A DNA stretch of 64,000 nucleotides from positions 92 through 64,091 of the forward strand of contig HF988734.1 of assembly GCA_000431235.1 (NCBI GenBank), in the 5' to 3' direction. Source of the DNA: Coprobacillus sp. CAG:698 (GTDB lineage: Bacteria > Bacillota_I > Bacilli_A > ML615J-28 > CAG-698). Position 1 is the first letter of the stretch. The number at the start of each line of letters is the position of its first letter. Positions 59,831-64,000 of the stretch are shown piece after piece. The position numbers and the translations under genes are program-made. A model generated the notes under the pieces. That model was given only the letters and a program-made list of their open reading frames with translations. It ran no database searches and was not told the origin of the DNA.

Positions 59831-61822
59831 GTGAAATATATGAAAAAAATTAAAATACTAAATACTATAGAATACTTGTTTTTAATGTTTTCTAGTATAG
59901 CGGTAATTATTCTAATCGTATTTAACCAAAATAGATATGTTATTTTTGGCTTATTCATAATAATAGGTTTACTATTAGGCATAATAATATCCTCAACAAT
60001 AAACCTAAAAAGGCAAAAACAAATAGATTGGCTAGAGGAAAGGATAAAACTAACAAATAGTATAGCTTATCGTGTAAAAATAGCTGGTGAAAAAGCTTTT
60101 ACAGAAATACCCTTAGGAATCATTGTTTTTGATAATTCCTACAAAATTGAATGGGCAAACAATTATGCTAAAGAAATATTTTTATCACCTTTAGTTGATC
60201 GAAAACTTTCATTAGTTGATACTGATTTAGAAGTAAAAGCAAGAGCGCTAAAGAACTTTACAATTACTATATATGGTCATGAGTATGAAGTAGATGTTTT
60301 ACATGATGATAATATAATGTTTCTAACAAATCGTACTGAATTGTTTGAATTAGAAAAAAAATACTTTGATAGAACTCAAGCTGCCGCAATCATAAGCTTA
60401 GATAACTTTGAAGAAGCCTTATCAACAGTTGATGCCCAAGCAAGAGCGATGACAGTGAGTGATATAATAGGTATATTAAGTGATTGGTGTCAAAAGTTTG
60501 GTCTCTTTATAAGAGGTTATTCTGAAAAGCAATATTTAGTTCTAATGAGCAGAGAGCAATTAGAACATGTAATGCAAGAACAATTTGATGTAGTTGATGC
60601 TGTAAATGAGTATTGTAATAATCAAGGCTTGAAAATATCTATTTCTATAGGTGTAGCCTGTTTCGATGTACAAATAACTGATTTAATGGCCAAAACAAGT
60701 GATATGCTTGATTTAGCCTTAAATAGAGGTGGAAACCAAGCAACAGTTTATATCGATGGAAAGATTAGATATTTCGGAGGCAAAGAAATAGGTTCAGAAA
60801 TAAGACTTCCAATATATGTAAGAATGAAAACTGAAGATTTATGTGAACTTATTGAAAAATCTCCAGATGTAATGATAATGGCACATAGTAATTCAGATAC
60901 AGATGCTTTTGGAGCTTGCGTTGGTTTACTAAAAATATGTATGGCTTTAGGCAAAGAAGCTAAAATCGTAATCGATGAAGACTTATGTGATGCAACAGTC
61001 AAAAAGATATTAAACGAAATTAGAGCTGAACATATCGGAATGAATGATTACTTCATAACATCAAGTAAAGCAATATCACAAATCACAAGTGAAACACTAT
61101 TGATTTTGGTTGACGTCCAATATGAAGGTAATTTAATCAGTCCTAAGCTTTACCGAAAAGCTAAAAAAATTGCGATTATCGATCATCATCGTAGTAGCAG
61201 TAAAGCTATTTCTAACTATCAATATATGTACAATAAAACAACATCATCTTCATCAGTTGAATTAATTGTTGAGATGTTTGATTATATCGATGGTGAGATA
61301 AATATAACAAGTATAGAAGCATCACTTATGCTTCTAGGTATATTAGTAGATACAAATAATCTAATTTATCGAACTTCGGCACAAACATTTGCTGTAATGA
61401 GTAAACTGCAGTTGTACGGAGCTGAAATGTCAAAAGCACAAAATTATTTACGTGAGGATGCAGATTCATATAATAAACGAATTGCTATTTTATCATCATT
61501 AAATATTATAGATGAAAAGTATGGAATTTGTTTATGTGATGTTGAAAATATATATACTCGTCCTTTTATTGCTAAAGTTGCTGATAACATCATAGCATTA
61601 AATACTGTAAAAGCTGGTTTTTGTATAGGCAGAATATCGGAAGACACAATTGGTGTGAGTGCTCGTAGTTTCGACTTTAACGTCCAACTAATAATGGAAC
61701 AACTTGGTGGTGGTGGTCACTTTAATAATGCTGCAACCCAAATCAAAGGTGCAACAATAGAAGAAATAGAAAGAAAATTAATTGAAATTCTCAGAAAAGA
61801 TGAAAGCGTTGGTGAAGAAACA
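59831..61822 (+). CDS. gdpP: Cyclic-di-AMP phosphodiesterase GdpP (2 TM, PAS-like, degenerate GGDEF, DHH and DHHA1 domains). It has no stop codon and runs in frame into rplI.
   Basis: DHH motif IMAHSNSDTDAFGA, IDHH, and DHHA1 GGGGHFNNAAT. The ORF continues in frame into MKIILVKDV... Confidence 0.8.
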
Positions 61823-62272
61823 ATGAAAATTATACTAGTAAAAGATGTAAAAGGAAAAGGTAAAGCCGGAGATATTATTGATATCCCATCAGGACATGCA
61901 AACTATTTGATTAAAAATAAACTTGCGATAGTTGCAAGTACTGATAATTTAAATGAATACAAAAAGAAAAGTGAACAAGATAAAATTGACGCTCAAAATT
62001 TGCTTGATGAAATGAGAAAATTAAAGGAATTCTTAGAGTCTCATCCAGTAAGCATTGGTGTAAAAGTTGGTAAAGAAGGAAAATTATTTGGTTCAGTAAG
62101 TAATAAACAAATTGTTGATGAAATTAAAACACAATATAATGTTTCTTTAGATAAAAGAAAAATTCTTTTTGAAAAAGATATTGATGCTTTAGGAACATAT
62201 ACTATTCCAATTCAATTACATAAAGAAGTAATAGCTAATATTACACTATATGTTGTTGAGAAAAAGAGTTGA
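61823..62272 (+). CDS. rplI: 50S ribosomal protein L9.
   Basis: 149-aa L9 signature MKIILVKDVKGKGKAGDI. Internal RBS GGTGAAG, 7 nt before the ATG. Confidence 0.85.
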   Translation: MKIILVKDVKGKGKAGDIIDIPSGHANYLIKNKLAIVASTDNLNEYKKKSEQDKIDAQNLLDEMRKLKEFLESHPVSIGVKVGKEGKLFGSVSNKQIVDEIKTQYNVSLDKRKILFEKDIDALGTYTIPIQLHKEVIANITLYVVEKKS

Positions 62273-63615
62273 TTATGGCAGAAGCAAAAATTCCTTGCAG
62301 TCGTGAAGCAGAAAATTATGTTCTTGGAAGTATACTAATAGATGAAGAACTAGCAAATGAGTTTTGTTCGTCATTAGGCGAAATAGATTTTTATATCAAA
62401 AAGAACAAATATGTTTTCAATGCTTTAAATACTTTGTATTTAAAAAGAGAGCCTATTTCTGTAATTAATGTTATTGAGACTTTAAAAGCTCAAGGAAATT
62501 ATGAACAAGTTACAGAAGCATATCTTTTTGAATTGACAGATATGATACCTACAACAGTTAATATTGAATCATATATTCAAGTTTTAAAAGAAAAGTCAAT
62601 CGAGAGAGAACTTTATTATGAAACATTAACAATTGGAAGTAAAGTATTAGCTGGTGAAGACAATGTAAGTGACTTACTTGCTTTAAGTGAAAAAAGAATA
62701 AAAGAAATAGCTGATAAACAAAGTAGTGGTAATATGCAAACTATATCTTTGTCTATGGATAAAGTATTTAATATTATCGATGAAAACCGACATAAAGATG
62801 GTTCTTTAATAGGCCTTGATACAGGATATGAAAAGTTAAATGAACTTACACTTGGATTTCAACCCGGTGAACTAATTATTTTAGCGGCAAGACCAGGTAT
62901 AGGTAAATCAGCTTTAGCTTTAAACATTGGTCGTAAGGTTTGTATGGATCACGGAAAGCATGTTGCCTTCTTCTCACTAGAAATGAGTAGTGAGCAAATA
63001 CTTATGCGTTTATTAAGTATGGCTTCTAACGTACCTTTATCAAAAATAAGAAGTGGTAACTTAGAAGAAGATGATACAACAAAACTATTAGGAGGTCGTA
63101 TTTCTTTAGATAATTTGAACTTTTATTTAGATGTTACATCTAGTAATAGTTTAGAAGATTTAAAGATACAATGCCGTCGCTTACGTCGTGAAAATAAATT
63201 AGATTTCATTATTGTTGACTATTTACAACTTCTAAATGTAAATAAAGACAATACTAAAGGCAAAACTATGTCACGTTATGAAGAAGTTACAATATTATCA
63301 CGTTCTTTAAAACTTCTAGCGATGGAATTAAATGTTCCAATTCTTGCTCTATCGCAATTATCACGTGCACCTGAGACAAGATCCAAAAAAGAAGGCAAAG
63401 GACCTGTATTATCTGATTTGCGTGAATCAGGAAGTATTGAACAAGATGCTGATATTGTAATGTTCTTATATGCTGAAGATAAAACTGATGAAAAAACAAA
63501 GAGCCGTGAAGTCATGCTTGATGTAGCTAAAAACCGTCAAGGTGAAACAGGCACTGTATATCTCTTCTTTAGAGCAGAGTGTACATTATTTGAAAATTAT
63601 ATAGGTAAAGAGTGA
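62269..63615 (+). CDS. dnaB: Replicative DNA helicase.
   Basis: Walker [10 protein letters not shown]. DnaB N-terminal and C-terminal domains. Confidence 0.9.
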   Translation: MIMAEAKIPCSREAENYVLGSILIDEELANEFCSSLGEIDFYIKKNKYVFNALNTLYLKREPISVINVIETLKAQGNYEQVTEAYLFELTDMIPTTVNIESYIQVLKEKSIERELYYETLTIGSKVLAGEDNVSDLLALSEKRIKEIADKQSSGNMQTISLSMDKVFNIIDENRHKDGSLIGLDTGYEKLNELTLGFQPGELIILAARPGIGKSALALNIGRKVCMDHGKHVAFFSLEMSSEQILMRLLSMASNVPLSKIRSGNLEEDDTTKLLGGRISLDNLNFYLDVTSSNSLEDLKIQCRRLRRENKLDFIIVDYLQLLNVNKDNTKGKTMSRYEEVTILSRSLKLLAMELNVPILALSQLSRAPETRSKKEGKGPVLSDLRESGSIEQDADIVMFLYAEDKTDEKTKSREVMLDVAKNRQGETGTVYLFFRAECTLFENYIGKE

Positions 63616-63620
63616 TTATT

Positions 63621-64000
63621 ATGTTAGATAGATTAAAATTAATCGAAAGTAAATATCAAGAAATAAATGAAAAACTTTCAGATCCTGAAGTTGTAAAAGA
63701 TGTAAAAAAATACACAGCCCTAATGAAAGAACGAAGAGATAAAGAAAAAATTGTTGAAGTATACCATGAGTATAAAAACGTTCTAAACCAAATAGAGGAT
63801 CTTAAAATACTTGTTAAAGACGAAAATGAAGAAATCAAAGAACTTGCAGAAATGGATTTAGAAGAAGCAAACAAAAATAAAGTTGAATTAGAAGAAAAAC
63901 TTAAAATAATGTTAATACCTAAGGATCCTAATGATGACAAAAATGTTGTTTGTGAAATCCGTGGAGCAGCAGGTGGCGATGAGGCAAATATTTTTGCTGG
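63621..64000 (+). CDS. prfA: Peptide chain release factor 1 (3' end off the window).
   Basis: My own translation gives [24 protein letters not shown]...[15 protein letters not shown], which is the RF1 N-domain. It is absent from the supplied ORF list because it runs off the window end. Confidence 0.8.
   Translation, partial: MLDRLKLIESKYQEINEKLSDPEVVKDVKKYTALMKERRDKEKIVEVYHEYKNVLNQIEDLKILVKDENEEIKELAEMDLEEANKNKVELEEKLKIMLIPKDPNDDKNVVCEIRGAAGGDEANIFA

Noticed and set aside
63656-63940. 94-aa minus-strand ORF near the window end.
   Set aside because: It is antisense to a clear prfA (RF1) N-terminal coding region on the + strand that runs off the window.
1-64000. Search for tRNA or rRNA genes, CRISPR arrays, IS elements and prophage signatures.
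   Set aside because: No GTTCGAATC-type T-arm motifs, no regularly spaced direct repeats, and no transposase, integrase, terminase or capsid-like ORFs were seen. The intergenic regions are short and consist of promoters or terminators.

Overview
This is an AT-rich (about 30% GC by eye) chromosomal segment from a low-GC Bacillota (Firmicutes) bacterium. The organism is probably a spore former, given sspI, a stage-0 PSP1/YaaT gene and Cys-rich coat-like proteins. Gene content could fit Clostridia or Erysipelotrichia, but I cannot place it more precisely. There are no rRNA or tRNA genes, no CRISPR array and no transposase or integrase. Almost all genes are on the + strand.

Two housekeeping blocks match Bacillus-type synteny: tmk-holB-yaaT-yabB-[hypothetical]-rsmI, and rpsF-ssb-rpsR-gdpP-rplI-dnaB followed by prfA. 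Other core genes include an ecfA1-ecfA2-ecfT-truA operon, clpP, asnA, efp, coaX, tkt, pepV, trmB, an M42 aminopeptidase, a DJ-1 family protein, a patatin-like lipase, a P-type ATPase, rubrerythrin and a flavin reductase.

Between these sits an unusually rich set of surface and secreted proteins, all on the + strand:
- 5' partial: a giant peptidoglycan hydrolase with a beta-helix, Ig-like domains, Listeria-Bacteroides repeats and a C-terminal Amidase_2 domain.
- 3653-5734 and 20524-22182: two paralogous 5'-nucleotidase lipoproteins.
- 17322-24474: an HExxH metalloprotease lipoprotein with a serpin lipoprotein nearby.
- 8061-13805: a 1914-aa protein with a CvpA-like membrane anchor followed by about 1700 aa of degenerate acidic tandem repeats.
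- 32010-36257: a 1415-aa mosaic protein combining a lipase-like domain, BspA-type LRRs, Listeria-Bacteroides repeats and a collagen-like GXY region.

The most system-like novelty is a tightly coupled two-gene module at 40748-44561: a 526-aa helical, Sel1-like protein followed by a soluble VirD4/TraG-type coupling-protein ATPase with no TM segment. No other conjugation genes are present. It is wedged between an aldose epimerase gene and efp.

Three apparent frame anomalies also stand out. gdpP runs in frame into rplI with no stop codon. A flavin reductase gene has its N-terminus in a different frame. A small gene is split at an A6 run. The last two are homopolymer-A indels, so assembly error has to be excluded before any of them is interpreted biologically.
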